64,000 nucleotides of DNA from Nostoc sp. (GCA_036918135.1 JBALDB010000047.1:1-64000), one strand, 5' to 3'. Positions 37,078 through 48,594 are shown, counted from the first letter of the stretch. The notes: a model not told the origin generated them from the sequence alone. Translations and numbers: made by a program.

Positions 37078-38605
37078 TATCCTCAAGCATATCTAGATGC
37101 TTGTTAATAGGTGCAAGGGTATTGGCGGCAATCATCCCACTAGCGGCAACTGCTGGTAAACCAATACCCGGAAATGTCGAGTCTCCACAGCACAATAGCC
37201 CTGGTAGGGGAGTAGTGGGGCCAGGAAATATACCAGAACCAGCTGCAATTGCTGGGCCGTATGAGCCTTGGTGACGACGCAGAAAACGCTCGTGGGTTAG
37301 AGGTGTACCAACAAGTGTGACTTCGCAACGAGAGCGAATATCTGGAATAATCCGCTCTAGCGCTTGCCACATTACTTCTGCACGCGATCGCTTTTGTTCG
37401 GTATATTCTTGGCTTTTTCTATTCATCCCCTGCCAAATAGCGTATGGCTCATTCCCCGGAGTATAAACGTGAATTACATGCTTACCTGGTGGTGCGAGGG
37501 ATGAATCGAGAGTTGAAGGAATTGATATCACCACCATATTTTGAGGTGCTATTACCCCCGCTTCCCAATTATTCACCACGACGTAATGACATTGTAAATT
37601 TGTCTGTAATCCTTGGGCGTCAATACCTAAATGCAGATGCATGAAACTATCACACTCAGGCGTTGCCTGTCGTTTAGCGCGGAACTTTTTTGATACTGCA
37701 TTTTCTGGTAACAGCTTTAACGTGTTCCAAACCGATGCATTAGAAATTACTGCTTTCCGGGCGCGGATTTCTTGGCGATCGCCAAGACGCACACCCACCG
37801 CTCGATTACCTTCTACCAGCACTTGCTCGACATGTGCGCCCAGTTTCAACTGACCACCGTGACGCTGCAATCCTTGTACAAGAGCGTCAACTAAAGCACC
37901 ACTACCACCAATCGGATAGTCAAGCACCGCCCCTGGTTTATACCAGTCGGCAAACATAAATGCTACTTCTGCGGCAATAGTGCCATCTGCTGGCAGTCCA
38001 GAAAGCAGAAAACATAGCAAATTCAGCCAATTTTGGATAAATTGGTCTTTGACAACACCATCCATAATCCGGCTGAAAGGCCCAGTCAGCTTGATGATAC
38101 TGCCAATATGTTTTGCTAGAGTTGGGGCAAATCGTCCTACAGTTTGCACCGCACCCAAATCAAAGCGTAATGCTGTCGGCGACATAGCCGTTGCTGCACT
38201 CGCCAGTGGTTCCATAACTCGCTGGAGTTGCTGCCATTCGGCTACAGCATTACGACCACGCAACTTCAGCAACACTTCACAAAATTGCTCAGCCCCAACT
38301 GATGCGTCAAAATAACCTTCTGGCAAGAAACAACCCCAAGTATCGTAGGTTACACACGGTAATTCCGAGCCAATGGCATCTAAGACTTGGCGCAGGGGGT
38401 TTGTAGAGGAACCCGAAGACAGTCCAGAGTAGAGAGATGGGCCAGACTCAAACTTGAAACCATTGCACTCAAAAGCGTGGGCGGCACCACCAGGTATGGA
38501 ATGACTTTCACAAACTATCACATCAAACCCATACCGTGCCAAAAGAGCAGCACAACTTAAACCGCCAATACCGCTACCGATGACAACTACATCTGTGTTT
38601 TGCAT
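37064..38605 (-). CDS. FAD-dependent oxidoreductase, CrtH/CrtISO-like (phytoene dehydrogenase family)
   Basis: VIGSGIGGL, GTPLTHERFL, CCGDSTFPGIGLPAVAASG. Confidence 0.85.
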   Translation of the reverse strand: MQNTDVVVIGSGIGGLSCAALLARYGFDVIVCESHSIPGGAAHAFECNGFKFESGPSLYSGLSSGSSTNPLRQVLDAIGSELPCVTYDTWGCFLPEGYFDASVGAEQFCEVLLKLRGRNAVAEWQQLQRVMEPLASAATAMSPTALRFDLGAVQTVGRFAPTLAKHIGSIIKLTGPFSRIMDGVVKDQFIQNWLNLLCFLLSGLPADGTIAAEVAFMFADWYKPGAVLDYPIGGSGALVDALVQGLQRHGGQLKLGAHVEQVLVEGNRAVGVRLGDRQEIRARKAVISNASVWNTLKLLPENAVSKKFRAKRQATPECDSFMHLHLGIDAQGLQTNLQCHYVVVNNWEAGVIAPQNMVVISIPSTLDSSLAPPGKHVIHVYTPGNEPYAIWQGMNRKSQEYTEQKRSRAEVMWQALERIIPDIRSRCEVTLVGTPLTHERFLRRHQGSYGPAIAAGSGIFPGPTTPLPGLLCCGDSTFPGIGLPAVAASGMIAANTLAPINKHLDMLEDIKCI

Positions 38606-38776
38606 ATCCTATGTTTGCAACGATGGCTCTTAAGATTTGTTAAGCGATATTTGGCAGTATAGCTTGTTCTGGCGATCGTCATAAAAGTTTGGTGACAGTC
38701 TCACTTGCTAAGGTCAGCGCTAGAAATTAGTACATTGTTGAGTTTATACTACTTATAGTATGACTTCCGGTAGGAT

Positions 38777-39001
38777 ATGGCTAAAATTTCTATTTCGCTG
38801 CCAGATGAATTATTAACTTACATCGACCAAAAAGTTGAAAACCGCAGTGCCCTAATTGAAAATCTCTTGAAACAATGGAAACAACAACAAGAAGATAACG
38901 CACTAGCAATAGCTTGTTCTCTGGTGGATGAACTGGAATTAGGTTGGGAGAGTGAATGGCAGAACGTAGCGATTACCGATTGGGAAACATCTGGATCGTA
39001 A
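38777..39001 (+). CDS. Ribbon-helix-helix antitoxin (CopG-like)
   Basis: MAKISISLPDELL..ID....NRSALI; overlaps the downstream toxin. Confidence 0.85.
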   Translation: MAKISISLPDELLTYIDQKVENRSALIENLLKQWKQQQEDNALAIACSLVDELELGWESEWQNVAITDWETSGS

Positions 39002-39318
39002 CTTTCGATCCATCTTTAGGTACTGAGATTCGTAAAACACGGCCAGCATTGGTAGTTTCTGGTACTGTATTTAATGCCCAGCGAACTAAGGTGACCGTTT
39101 TACCTTTTACATCAGCACGACCAGATGATTCTCGGATTTCGCCTGCGGTGGTTGCAGTACCTTCATCAGCGCAAAATGGCTTGTCTGTAGATAGTCTTTT
39201 AGTATGTGTTGAACCAATGACCTTTGACAAAATGCGTTTGATTCAACGATTGGGCGAATTAGAAACAGAACTACTACAACAGGCGCAAAGCATTTTGCGT
39301 CAATATCTGAAACTGTAG
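38956..39318 (+). CDS. PemK/MazF-family endoribonuclease toxin
   Basis: FDPSLGTEIRKTRPALVVS, VLPFTS, NGLSVDS. Confidence 0.92.
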   Translation: MAERSDYRLGNIWIVTFDPSLGTEIRKTRPALVVSGTVFNAQRTKVTVLPFTSARPDDSRISPAVVAVPSSAQNGLSVDSLLVCVEPMTFDKMRLIQRLGELETELLQQAQSILRQYLKL

Positions 39319-39331
39319 GCTAAAAATCAGC

Positions 39332-40258
39332 ATGAGCATTATCGTTTTTGGCAGCATTAATATAGACTTGGTAGCCACAGCACCCCGGTTACCAGTCAGT
39401 GGAGAAACGTTGCTCGGAGAAGATTTTTTTCAAGTTTCGGGAGGTAAAGGGGCTAATCAAGCTGTAGCACTAGCCAAATTGGGAATTCCTGTCCAAATGG
39501 TAGGGCGTGTTGGTGCAGACAGTTTTGGTGTAAAACTTGTCAATAATTTGCAAGCCTCTGGCGTGCAGACAAACAATGTTTTTGTTGATAAAACTGTTAG
39601 TTCTGGAGTAGCCATCATCACCGTTAGTCAGACTGGAGAAAATCAAATTGTTGTGATTCCTGGTGCAAATGGCCGCGTCAATCGAGAAGATGTGCAACGA
39701 TTATCTCACTTATTATCAGAAGCTACAGCACTGCTTTTACAATTAGAAATTCCGATTCCTGCTGTGGTTGCAGCAGCGAAAGCAGCAACAAGTGCAAATA
39801 TTAAAGTCATTCTTGACCCCGCACCCGCACTATCTGATTTACCTGCTGAACTTTATCCATTGGTAGACATTATCACACCAAATGAAGTTGAGGCTGGGCA
39901 GTTGGTGGGTTTTGCTGTGGATGGAGAAGAAACAGCAGCCAAGGCGGCTGAGATTTTATTGCAACGGGGAGTGAAATGTGCGATCGTCAAACTGGGTGCT
40001 AAGGGTGTTTTTTGTGCAACTCTTCAAGAAAAGTTTTTTGTACCCGCCTTTAGAGTTCATGTAGTTGACACAGTAGCCGCTGGGGACGCTTTTAATGGCG
40101 GTTTAGCTGCGGCACTTTTTGAAGGAATACCTTTACACCAAGCAGTTGTTTGGGGTACAGCAGCAGGTGCATTAGCCGCGACAAAACCAGGCGCACAAAC
40201 TTCACTACCGGATAGGTTGACGTTTGATGCTTTTCTCAAGCAAAAAGATAAAAGTTAA
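39332..40258 (+). CDS. rbsK: Ribokinase
   Basis: GGKGANQAVA, PNEVEA, DTVAAGDAFNG. Confidence 0.93.
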   Translation: MSIIVFGSINIDLVATAPRLPVSGETLLGEDFFQVSGGKGANQAVALAKLGIPVQMVGRVGADSFGVKLVNNLQASGVQTNNVFVDKTVSSGVAIITVSQTGENQIVVIPGANGRVNREDVQRLSHLLSEATALLLQLEIPIPAVVAAAKAATSANIKVILDPAPALSDLPAELYPLVDIITPNEVEAGQLVGFAVDGEETAAKAAEILLQRGVKCAIVKLGAKGVFCATLQEKFFVPAFRVHVVDTVAAGDAFNGGLAAALFEGIPLHQAVVWGTAAGALAATKPGAQTSLPDRLTFDAFLKQKDKS

Positions 40259-40335
40259 AAGTAAAAAGAGTATTAGGTATAGTGACTCTTTTAAAAGTCA
40301 AAGGCATACTCAAAGAGCGATCGCAATTTATCATT

Positions 40336-40544
40336 TACAGCAGTTTGCAAGTAAATGAGGTACAAATGCAGGACTTAAAATTAGATATAAAAAGTTTCTA
40401 CCTCCAGCATAGCTGCCTCCTAGTCACTGAGCGTACCCCTACTCTTAAGCAAGCTACGCGTAGCGTCTCTTAGAGAAGCCGAAGTGTGCCTCCGACTTCA
40501 AAAACCCGTAGGCTTTGTACTTCATGCAAAAGAAAACTGCTGTA
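40336..40544. mobile_element. MITE with nested small dispersed repeats
   Basis: tacagcagtttgc..atgaggtacaaa / tttgtacttcat..aaactgctgta terminal IRs; degenerate relative at 2633-2717. Confidence 0.72.
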
Positions 40545-40724
40545 TTTAATCACCTCAAATCCAGTTTTGTAGTTTTATAAAGTGTGTTATACCGCTCTCT
40601 TTCATACTTAAAATACAGGATGGTGCGTTAGGACTAATATCCGTAACGCACCCTACCATCTGAATCCCCCGTTATAAAGATTTCTGAATTCTGGATTTTT
40701 CTTCAAAATCCGAAATTGGTATTA

Positions 40725-40812
40725 ATATCAAGTTCGGATAATCACTTACTATCCAAAACTCTCTGCGTCCCCGCGTCAATCCTAATGATAAGTCTTTAAC
40801 CGAACCTGATAT
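40725..40812. mobile_element. Short MITE
   Basis: atatcaagttcgg ... ccgaacctgatat terminal IRs. Confidence 0.65.
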
Positions 40813-40815
40813 AAC

Positions 40816-42726
40816 TCACAAAATTGTTCCAGTTTCTTTCAAATAAACCCGTGTAAATGGTTCATCTTCGCCCAAAGCGTAATCTTCAATTAACCCTTTG
40901 CGACGAATAGAAATGTTGTTGCTTCTTTTAATTATCACAGTAGAATTATCGAAGATATCCCGCGCCAAAATCATCTCAGTTTCCGTAGGGTCATCCAAAA
41001 CTACAATATTACTGCGCTGATAAAACATACCGTCTTGCTCTAATATGTCTTGTGGATACTCAGCAATCAACAAATCAACTTTGGGATGACGCAGCAAAGT
41101 TTGAACGTTAGTGTTGTAATTTTTGCTTAATACTTTTTTCGAGCGATTTACAAAAACTGCATCATGACAAACAGCGCCGATTGTCCAGTCGGGATGTTGC
41201 AAAAGAATATGGTCAATTGTTGTTTGCAGTTCTTCAACTGAGATTTTATTAAACGTAATAATCGGTATCCTGGCATCTGCACCGGACTCAAAAAACGTTT
41301 CTAAAATATGAGAAGGTACATCAACGCTTTCACCTTCAGATGGTTTAAGATGCATTAAAATTCCTGGTGCAGCGTTGATTTCCAAGATAGCGAAGTTACT
41401 TGATTTCCAAGATTCTGAGAGACTTTTGGTAATGACATCAATACCTAGACAAGTTAGCTGAAAGTGTTGGGCAATATCTTGGGCGAGGATAATATTGTCA
41501 TCATGAAGCGTGTGTGTTGCATTGATGCTTATACCGCCAGCTGATAAATTGGCAACTTTACGTAGGTAGATAGTGCGCCCTTTCTCAATCACACTGTTCA
41601 ATGACAAACGCTGTTCGTCTAGATAGAGTTCCATCGCATCATCCACCAGAATTTTACTCATCGGCGAGGTGGGTGAGTCTAAACGTGCGGGGAGACGGTT
41701 CTCTTGGCGAATTAATTCGGCTATGGTTAAGTAGCCATCACCAACAACCGATGCTGGACGGCGTTCTGTGGCGGCGACGAATTTGCCATCGACACACAAC
41801 AAGCGAAAATCCGATCCGGAGATGCTTTTCTCGACAATTATTCGGGTTGGTTGGTCTTCGGGAATCGCTGCTACTGCCCTACTGTAAGCAGATTCCAGTT
41901 CTTTTGAGTCTTGTACGTCAGCCGTGACCCCAATTCCTTTGTGACCTACCACTGGCTTAACTGCTACTGGGTAACCAATCTCTTTAGCTGCTGCTAAAGC
42001 TTCCTTTTCAGAAAAGACGATATCGCCTTCAGGCACTGGAAAACCCAAAGTTTTCAAAAATGCCTTACAGTCATCTTTACGGGTAGTAAATTCCGAATCT
42101 AGATGGCTATCACAGTTAAACGTTGTTGCTACCCCGCGCACGTGTTTTCTTCCTAAACCGTATTGCATTAATCCTTCTTCCCACAGATAAAATGCAGGAA
42201 TACCTTTTTCATCGGCTGTTCGCAATAGGGCGTAGATTGTAGGGCCACCGTAGACAGATGCGCGAAACCTACTTTGCAGCTTTACTAACCGCTCCTCAAA
42301 GTCGAAGTCTTCGTCCTCGGTAATGGCTTCAAACCAATCCCAAACAAAGTAGACTACTTCTCTAGTTGTGCGTTCGTGTAAGGATTCGACGCTAATTCGC
42401 GTGCATTTTGGATATGGCTCGACACTCCAGTGATTAAGGTGCAAATCCATGTCCAATTTTCCGACTTGTGACACCACTTGGGCAAAGAGATGGGCATAGG
42501 ATTCGTAGCTTTGCTCACCTAGATGGGGATAGCGCGAACCAATCTTAGAAATATAATCCTCAATAGGCAAAGGCTCTCTCGACTCAACTAGAGCAAAATC
42601 AAATACTAATGCCGCTCTATCTAAATAAGGGTTAGCTCCAATATAATGCTTGAAGTTGAAAATATCGAATACATCCCTTTTTCTAGCATTAATCCGGACT
42701 AAATCACTACTTTTTTGTTGAACCAT
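40816..42726 (-). CDS. cphA2: Cyanophycin synthetase 2 (beta-Asp-Arg polymerase)
   Basis: ATP-grasp (VAVKPVVGHKGIGVT, ANLSAGG, LEINAAPG) with truncated Mur-ligase-like C-terminus; 636 aa; divergent from a cyanophycinase. Confidence 0.9.
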   Translation of the reverse strand: MVQQKSSDLVRINARKRDVFDIFNFKHYIGANPYLDRAALVFDFALVESREPLPIEDYISKIGSRYPHLGEQSYESYAHLFAQVVSQVGKLDMDLHLNHWSVEPYPKCTRISVESLHERTTREVVYFVWDWFEAITEDEDFDFEERLVKLQSRFRASVYGGPTIYALLRTADEKGIPAFYLWEEGLMQYGLGRKHVRGVATTFNCDSHLDSEFTTRKDDCKAFLKTLGFPVPEGDIVFSEKEALAAAKEIGYPVAVKPVVGHKGIGVTADVQDSKELESAYSRAVAAIPEDQPTRIIVEKSISGSDFRLLCVDGKFVAATERRPASVVGDGYLTIAELIRQENRLPARLDSPTSPMSKILVDDAMELYLDEQRLSLNSVIEKGRTIYLRKVANLSAGGISINATHTLHDDNIILAQDIAQHFQLTCLGIDVITKSLSESWKSSNFAILEINAAPGILMHLKPSEGESVDVPSHILETFFESGADARIPIITFNKISVEELQTTIDHILLQHPDWTIGAVCHDAVFVNRSKKVLSKNYNTNVQTLLRHPKVDLLIAEYPQDILEQDGMFYQRSNIVVLDDPTETEMILARDIFDNSTVIIKRSNNISIRRKGLIEDYALGEDEPFTRVYLKETGTIL

Positions 42727-43227
42727 TGATTACGAACCTTTGGCTAAACACCCTGGAATTGAGATGCTGAGTTGCGATTACTCAGACTTAATGATTATTA
42801 GAATTCAGAAGTTAGAAGACTTACACAATCATCAGAATATTTAATGAATCAGATAAAGGAGTATACGGAGTATACTAAAGTCTTGATAAATTATCAACGA
42901 TTAACGGCAGTTGCTTCAACTTTGTAAACTAGAGCAATGTCCTGCCTCCCCTTGAATGCTGAATTTTGACAATTAATTCACATTTATTATGCGGATTTAT
43001 GGTTTTGCCTTGAATTGAACCGAACTTAACTTAACGATATTATTAAGTATCTACAACTATCTCAAGGCAGAATTAAATATTCATTCTTGAGCGAAAAAAA
43101 ATCACATTCAGTTCATCCTGATGAATAATTAAAGATATAACCTTTGAAAGGTGCTATCCTTTACCAAAAATTGGTATAACACACATAGAAGATATTGATA
43201 ATAAGGGTATTAGGGAGACAGCAAAGT

Positions 43228-43431
43228 ATGAATAGCACACAAGCTGCTCTAAGAGATGAAGTTAGATTACTAGCTGAGGAAGCTTTTCATCAAAAGCTGA
43301 TTTCCGGACATGGAGATGGGCCAGATATTAGAGAGTATCAAATTGTGTATCAAGGTAAACCCAGGCATCTCCCACTAGAACAAGCACGTCTTTTCTTAAA
43401 TAACTTGCTTTTCAAAAGCAAAATTTATTAA
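43228..43431 (+). CDS. Small conserved hypothetical protein between cphA2 and cphB2
   Basis: gggag RBS, ATG at 43228; EEAFHQKLISGHGDG..EYQIV motif. Confidence 0.65.
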   Translation: MNSTQAALRDEVRLLAEEAFHQKLISGHGDGPDIREYQIVYQGKPRHLPLEQARLFLNNLLFKSKIY

Positions 43432-43892
43432 ATAATTGATGAATTACTTGAGGAATTTAATTGCACTTATAGTAATTTAATCTGATTTTTGAACTTATTT
43501 GGTTTAGTAGCGAGTAGTAAGTAGGAAATTAAAGAATCAACATTTTGGAGTTTTGCATAGCGAGAGCAAAAAGAAAATAGAATTCAGATAGCTAGAATTA
43601 ATAACAATTACTCTTACACGAAAAATTTGCGCTCGCCACTTACCAATATCATCACCAAAGCCTCTGGAAATTCACTCTAGAGGCTGTTGACACTGTAGGT
43701 TTTAGTTAGTAACAAGTACCTAGTTTTTGAGAAGAGTTATTTTTTAATTTAGTTTTAGAGAAAAATCACTTGGTTCCATGAGGTTGCAGATTTTAATACT
43801 AGCTATTTTCAAGTAATCTACCCAATGGAAGATATTATAAGTTTAATTGTCATGGTTTATTGAAATTTATCTAAATCAAATTAGGAGTAGTT

Positions 43893-44741
43893 ATGTTAGA
43901 AAATAATCCTAAACGACAGTTGGTAATTATTGGTGGAGCCGAAGATAAAGAGGGAGATTCCCAAATTTTACGGGAATTTGTGCGTCGTTCTGGAGGTACA
44001 AAAGCGAACATTGTGATTATGACAGCGGCGACAGAACTACCGAGAGAAGTGGGAGAAAATTATATTAGAGTGTTTGAGCGATTAGGAGCCGAGAGTGTCC
44101 GGATAATTGATACAGAAACTCGTGATGATGCATCTTCATCTACGGCATTGCAGGCTATTGATAAAGCAACTGGGGTATTTTTTACTGGGGGAGACCAAGC
44201 TCGCATTACCAGCATTCTTAAGGACACTGAAATTGATTCGGCAATTCACAAACGGTTCTCTGAAGGTATAGTTGTTGCAGGCACCAGCGCCGGAGCTGCT
44301 GTAATGCCAGATAAAATGATCGTTGAAGGTGACTCCCAAACTAACCCAAGAATGGAAACTGTAGAAATGGGGCCTGGTATGGGATTTCTCCCAGGGGTGG
44401 TAATCGATCAACATTTTTCTCAGCGTGGAAGATTGGGACGGTTAATTTCCGCTTTAATACTAGAGCCTGCTGTTTTGGGATTCGGTATTGATGAGAATAC
44501 CGCAATGGTTGTCACAGATAATCAAATTGAAGTGGTTGGTCAAGGTGCAGTCACAATTGTCGATGAATCAGAGGCTACATATAACAATATGGATGAAATT
44601 TTGAAAGATGAGCCGTTGGCGATTTGCGGAGCCAAACTGCATATCTTACCACATGGGTTTAAATTTGACCTCAAAACCCGCCAGCCTATCCTCAATAACA
44701 GCTCTGTAGCAAATATCTCTGTACCAGTTAGCTCAGTTTAA
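43893..44741 (+). CDS. cphB2: Cyanophycinase
   Basis: IIGGAEDK, FTGGDQ, GTSAGA (Ser), IDQHF (His), GIDENT (Glu). Confidence 0.9.
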   Translation: MLENNPKRQLVIIGGAEDKEGDSQILREFVRRSGGTKANIVIMTAATELPREVGENYIRVFERLGAESVRIIDTETRDDASSSTALQAIDKATGVFFTGGDQARITSILKDTEIDSAIHKRFSEGIVVAGTSAGAAVMPDKMIVEGDSQTNPRMETVEMGPGMGFLPGVVIDQHFSQRGRLGRLISALILEPAVLGFGIDENTAMVVTDNQIEVVGQGAVTIVDESEATYNNMDEILKDEPLAICGAKLHILPHGFKFDLKTRQPILNNSSVANISVPVSSV

Positions 44742-44862
44742 GCAACAGCTAACCTTTAGGAATGGAGATGAAATAAGTGGATTCTTCTTCGCCATCCTTG
44801 TCAAGCAATGTTAAGAATTAGTTAATAAACGTTTAATTAGGCAAAATGCAGTCATTATAAAA

Positions 44863-44896
44863 TACTGGGAAAATTGAAATAATTTCCCAGTTTTTT
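44863..44896 (+). terminator. Hairpin with T-tract between cphB2 and the NTP transferase
   Basis: actgggaaa ... tttcccagt followed by ttttt. Confidence 0.5.
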
Positions 44897-44910
44897 AGTA
44901 TCTTACCTCA

Positions 44911-45708
44911 ATGAAAGCAATCATATTAGCTGCTGGTGTTGGACAACGCTTAGGTAAAGATGGGCAAATCCAACCCAAATGCTTACTGAAGTTTAGCGGC
45001 AAATCTTTATTAGAGCGCCATTTGAACTATCTTCGTCATTACCAAATAGATGAAGTAGTAATTGCCGTGGGTTACCAAGCAGAAAAAATTCAGGATGAAA
45101 TCAAAGCATTGGAAGCGGAAAATTGGGTTAGTACAGTTTACAATTCTGACTATACCAAAGGTAGTGTTATCAGTTTGTGGACTTTAGGTCAACATCTTGC
45201 TGCTGCTGATGATTTATTATTAATGGATGCAGATGTTTTATACGATCGCCAAATTATCGAACGATTAGTGAAGACAAATATTTCTAATTGTTTCTTGTTG
45301 GATCGAGATTTTGAAGCGGGGGATGAACCAGTAAAGCTTTGTGTCAAAGACGGTTATTTAGTTGAGTTTCGCAAACAAGTGGCTTGCAACCTAACTTATG
45401 ATTTGATGGGCGAGTCAGTCGGATTCTTTCGCTTTGAAAATGCGATCGCTCGCCGTCTTGCCAGCCGCACAGAACAATATGTTGATGACGGACTGCACGA
45501 CCAACCCTATGAAGAAGTAATTCGGGATTTGCTGTTAGAAACTCCAGAAAAATTTGGCTATGAAGACATCACTGGTTTACCTTGGATTGAAATCGATTTT
45601 CCCCAGGATATTCAACGCGCCCAAAACCAGACTTTACCCCAGATTGAAATAGCAGAGAAGAGAAATTTTACCAAAGTAGATTCTTTTGAAAGCAAACTAC
45701 AAACATAA
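44911..45708 (+). CDS. LicC/PntC-like (phosphocholine/phosphonate) cytidylyltransferase
   Basis: MKAIILAAGVGQRL, PKCLL, MDADVLY, WIEIDFPQD; adjacent to pepM. Confidence 0.85.
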   Translation: MKAIILAAGVGQRLGKDGQIQPKCLLKFSGKSLLERHLNYLRHYQIDEVVIAVGYQAEKIQDEIKALEAENWVSTVYNSDYTKGSVISLWTLGQHLAAADDLLLMDADVLYDRQIIERLVKTNISNCFLLDRDFEAGDEPVKLCVKDGYLVEFRKQVACNLTYDLMGESVGFFRFENAIARRLASRTEQYVDDGLHDQPYEEVIRDLLLETPEKFGYEDITGLPWIEIDFPQDIQRAQNQTLPQIEIAEKRNFTKVDSFESKLQT

Positions 45709-45955
45709 CATAATTTATAATCACGAAGTCAAACAAACTTGAGTTAAAATAATTCGTAATTGATAAAGAAACTCGACGAATCGCTAACGTAACTCTTAAT
45801 TCTTACCCTATAATTAAGCATTTGTATCCGAACTAAAACTTCCTGAAATCATAACTTTGTCAAAAAAGTTAGAGAAAAAGCTCGTAAATTACGAATTAGT
45901 AATTATCGGGCCATCTCAAATCATCTTTATTTGAAAGGTTAAAACAAGCACAATA

Positions 45956-47611
45956 ATGAATGAAATATTTGCACCCGTCATCAACACTGCAAAATTAAGT
46001 AAGTGTTCCCAACTGCGGGCGTTATTGGAATCGCCGCAACTCGAATTTATCATGGAAGCTCACAATGGAATTAGCGCCCGCATTGTGGAAGAAGCTGGAT
46101 TTAAAGGAATTTGGGCGAGTGGATTAGCTGTTTCGGCTCAATATGGCGTTCGAGACAATAATGAAGCCAGTTGGACTCAAGTTGTAGAAATGCTAGAGTT
46201 CATGTCTGATGTTACCAGCATCCCGATTTTATTAGACGGCGATACCGGTTATGGCAACTTTAATAATATGCGTCGCCTGGTGAGGAAGATAGAACAGCGA
46301 GGTATTGCTGGAGTTTGTATTGAGGATAAACTTTTTCCTAAAACCAATAGCTTTATTAACGGTAGTCGCCAAGCCTTGGCTGATATCGATGAATTCTGCG
46401 GCAAAATTAAGGCAGGCAAAGATAGCCAAACACATGCAGATTTCTGCATCATTGCTCGACTTGAAGCCTTGATTGCCGGTTGGGATCTCTCAGAAGCATT
46501 ACGGCGAGCCGAAGCTTACCATGCAGCAGGAGCAAACGCCATCCTGATTCACAGTAAATCATCGCGTCCTGACCAAGTGCTAGCCTTTGCTAAAGAGTGG
46601 GCGGGACGCTCGCCATTAGTAATTGTACCGACTAAATATTACAGCACCCCTACTGATGTGTTTCGCAAAGCCGAAGTTAATTTGGTCATCTGGGCAAATC
46701 ATTTGATTCGAGCTGCTGTTGCCAGTATGCAAGCGATCGCCCGCGAAGTTCAAGCTAGCGAAACTTTAATCAACATTGAAGATGATGTTGCACCAGTTAA
46801 AGAAATTTTCCGCCTCCAGGGAGCCGACGAACTTCTAGAAGCTGAAAAACGCTACTTCAGTAATGGACGCCACCACACCCAGGCGATTGTTCTGGCTGCT
46901 AGCAGAGGACAAGAATTAGCAGGATTGACTCAAGATAAACCAAAAGTCATGTTACCTCTTGGAGGTAAACCCCTGCTCAGGCTTTTGGTGGACAAATTCA
47001 AGAAACTTGCCATCAACGATATTACCGTTGTCGCAGGTTACAAAGCAGAAACTATTAACGTTACGGGGACAAAAGTCATTCGTAACCCAGATTATGAAAC
47101 AACTGGAGAATTAGCATCCTTAGCCTGCGCCCAAGCCAGCTTCGCTGACGAAATGCTGGTACTTTACGGCGATTTACTATTTAGAAGCTATATCTTGCGG
47201 GATTTATTAGAATGTCCTGGGGAAATTGTGGCTGTGGTTGATTCTTTAATTAACTCTAAGTCAGTTAGTGGTTCCCCTGATTATGCTTATTGTTCAATTC
47301 TCGATGACCTTTCGATTTTTGGACAAGATGTAAAGCTTTTGCATATCTCCAAGGAAACGCAAACTCAATTTGGGAATTCCTGCGGACGCTGGATTGGAAT
47401 GTTGCGCTTACGCAGTCAAGGTAGACAGTGGGTGAGTGAAGCACTCAATGAATTGCAAACGCGACCAGAATTTAACAATTTGGGTTTGCCAGAATTATGC
47501 AATTATTTAATCGAGCAAGGCAAACCAATTAAAGTGCTTTATATTCGCGGTAACTGGTTAGATGTTAATTCTTTAGATGACCTTGATTTAGCGTTTCAAT
47601 TGAAACAATAG
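45956..47611 (+). CDS. pepM: Phosphoenolpyruvate mutase fused to a C-terminal nucleotidyltransferase
   Basis: Diagnostic [10 protein letters not shown] (EDKx5NS) motif, DGDTGYG; C-terminal [26 protein letters not shown]. Confidence 0.95.
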   Translation: MNEIFAPVINTAKLSKCSQLRALLESPQLEFIMEAHNGISARIVEEAGFKGIWASGLAVSAQYGVRDNNEASWTQVVEMLEFMSDVTSIPILLDGDTGYGNFNNMRRLVRKIEQRGIAGVCIEDKLFPKTNSFINGSRQALADIDEFCGKIKAGKDSQTHADFCIIARLEALIAGWDLSEALRRAEAYHAAGANAILIHSKSSRPDQVLAFAKEWAGRSPLVIVPTKYYSTPTDVFRKAEVNLVIWANHLIRAAVASMQAIAREVQASETLINIEDDVAPVKEIFRLQGADELLEAEKRYFSNGRHHTQAIVLAASRGQELAGLTQDKPKVMLPLGGKPLLRLLVDKFKKLAINDITVVAGYKAETINVTGTKVIRNPDYETTGELASLACAQASFADEMLVLYGDLLFRSYILRDLLECPGEIVAVVDSLINSKSVSGSPDYAYCSILDDLSIFGQDVKLLHISKETQTQFGNSCGRWIGMLRLRSQGRQWVSEALNELQTRPEFNNLGLPELCNYLIEQGKPIKVLYIRGNWLDVNSLDDLDLAFQLKQ

Positions 47612-47812
47612 GGAATGGGGATGAGGGAGATGTGGTTCGACTCCCTTCCCTACGGGACGCTGCGCGTAGCTTGCTTCCCCGCAGGGGTACGACTACGCTC
47701 AGGGCAAGTCACTCACCAACCGGGAGATGAGGGAGTTTGAGGTTTTGAGGCTCAACTTTGAACTTCTGAACTCGAACGTTGAGGTTTTGAACTCGAATGT
47801 TGAGGTGCTTAA
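47612..47812. repeat. Nested small dispersed repeats and 21-bp tandem repeats after pepM
   Basis: ggttcgact...cgctcagggcaag nested units; gaactcgaacgttgaggtttt-type 21-mers. Confidence 0.7.
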
Positions 47813-48213
47813 TCAGCTATGCTGACACCTGACTACTACTTATGTGGCAAAAATCAATTAAGCCGCTGAAAAATTAGAGTCATACCAAGTTGCAATCATA
47901 TCTAGTATTTCTCCCCCAGCCTAAAGAGGCTCTCCTGCTTCAAGAGCCTGTCTAAATTCATCCCACTGTTCTGCAACGCCGAAATTGCGATCGGCGATTT
48001 GTTGGATATAACAATATAAAAATTTTATTAAATATTTTCTTAACTGTCTTAACTCTCTTAACTGTCCTTGTATTTCCATTAGAAAAGTAAGAGTATGTTT
48101 ATGTGAGTCAGCAGTATTTTTACTGTTATATTTAGACGCAATTGTAATAGTAAATACTAATACTCATACTTGCTTTACTGAAAACTTAAATCTAAGTAAA
48201 GAGGATCTGTAAA

Positions 48214-48594
48214 ATGAAAAAGATGATAATTGCCTTGTTAATCATGCTCGGCTTAAGCTTATCACTAGGTCAGGGGCCAGCGGTTGCTGCTGGTAACGAC
48301 TGCTTGAAAACGCTAAATACTGGTTCAGCTACTACCATCCCAGTTTTTTATGAAGATCAGGCTGCTTTCTACGGCTGGTCGGGAGGTGTGATTACTAATG
48401 ATATGTACTACAACTCCTGTGGTCAAACTGTAACTGTCAAAGTTAACTACGCTGACTGGGATAAGCTTCGCAAAGAAGGAAAGCTAGATGGTATCCGATA
48501 TATATACAAAACGCCCAAGGAATCTAAAATTGGTCTTAGGAAGATTGTAGGAACTGAACCCCAAGATGTGAAACCTGAAGATTTCTACAGCTAG
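48214..48594 (+). CDS. Secreted hypothetical protein (2 Cys) inserted in the phosphonate cluster
   Basis: gagga RBS; signal peptide MKKMIIALL...PAVA; no recognised domain. Confidence 0.75.
   Translation: MKKMIIALLIMLGLSLSLGQGPAVAAGNDCLKTLNTGSATTIPVFYEDQAAFYGWSGGVITNDMYYNSCGQTVTVKVNYADWDKLRKEGKLDGIRYIYKTPKESKIGLRKIVGTEPQDVKPEDFYS

Noticed and set aside
38777..39318. MazF-type toxin-antitoxin pair as a novel system
   Set aside because: It is an ordinary type II TA module and is listed as features only
42727..43892. NtcA sites (GTA-N8-TAC) expected upstream of cphA2/cphB2
   Set aside because: I found no canonical match by eye, only partial matches
47632..47720. ggttcgactccc as a tRNA T-arm or integration site
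   Set aside because: No cloverleaf; the motif is part of nested small dispersed repeats
47740..47812. 21-bp periodic repeats as a CRISPR array
   Set aside because: They are tandem units without unique spacers, and there are no cas genes
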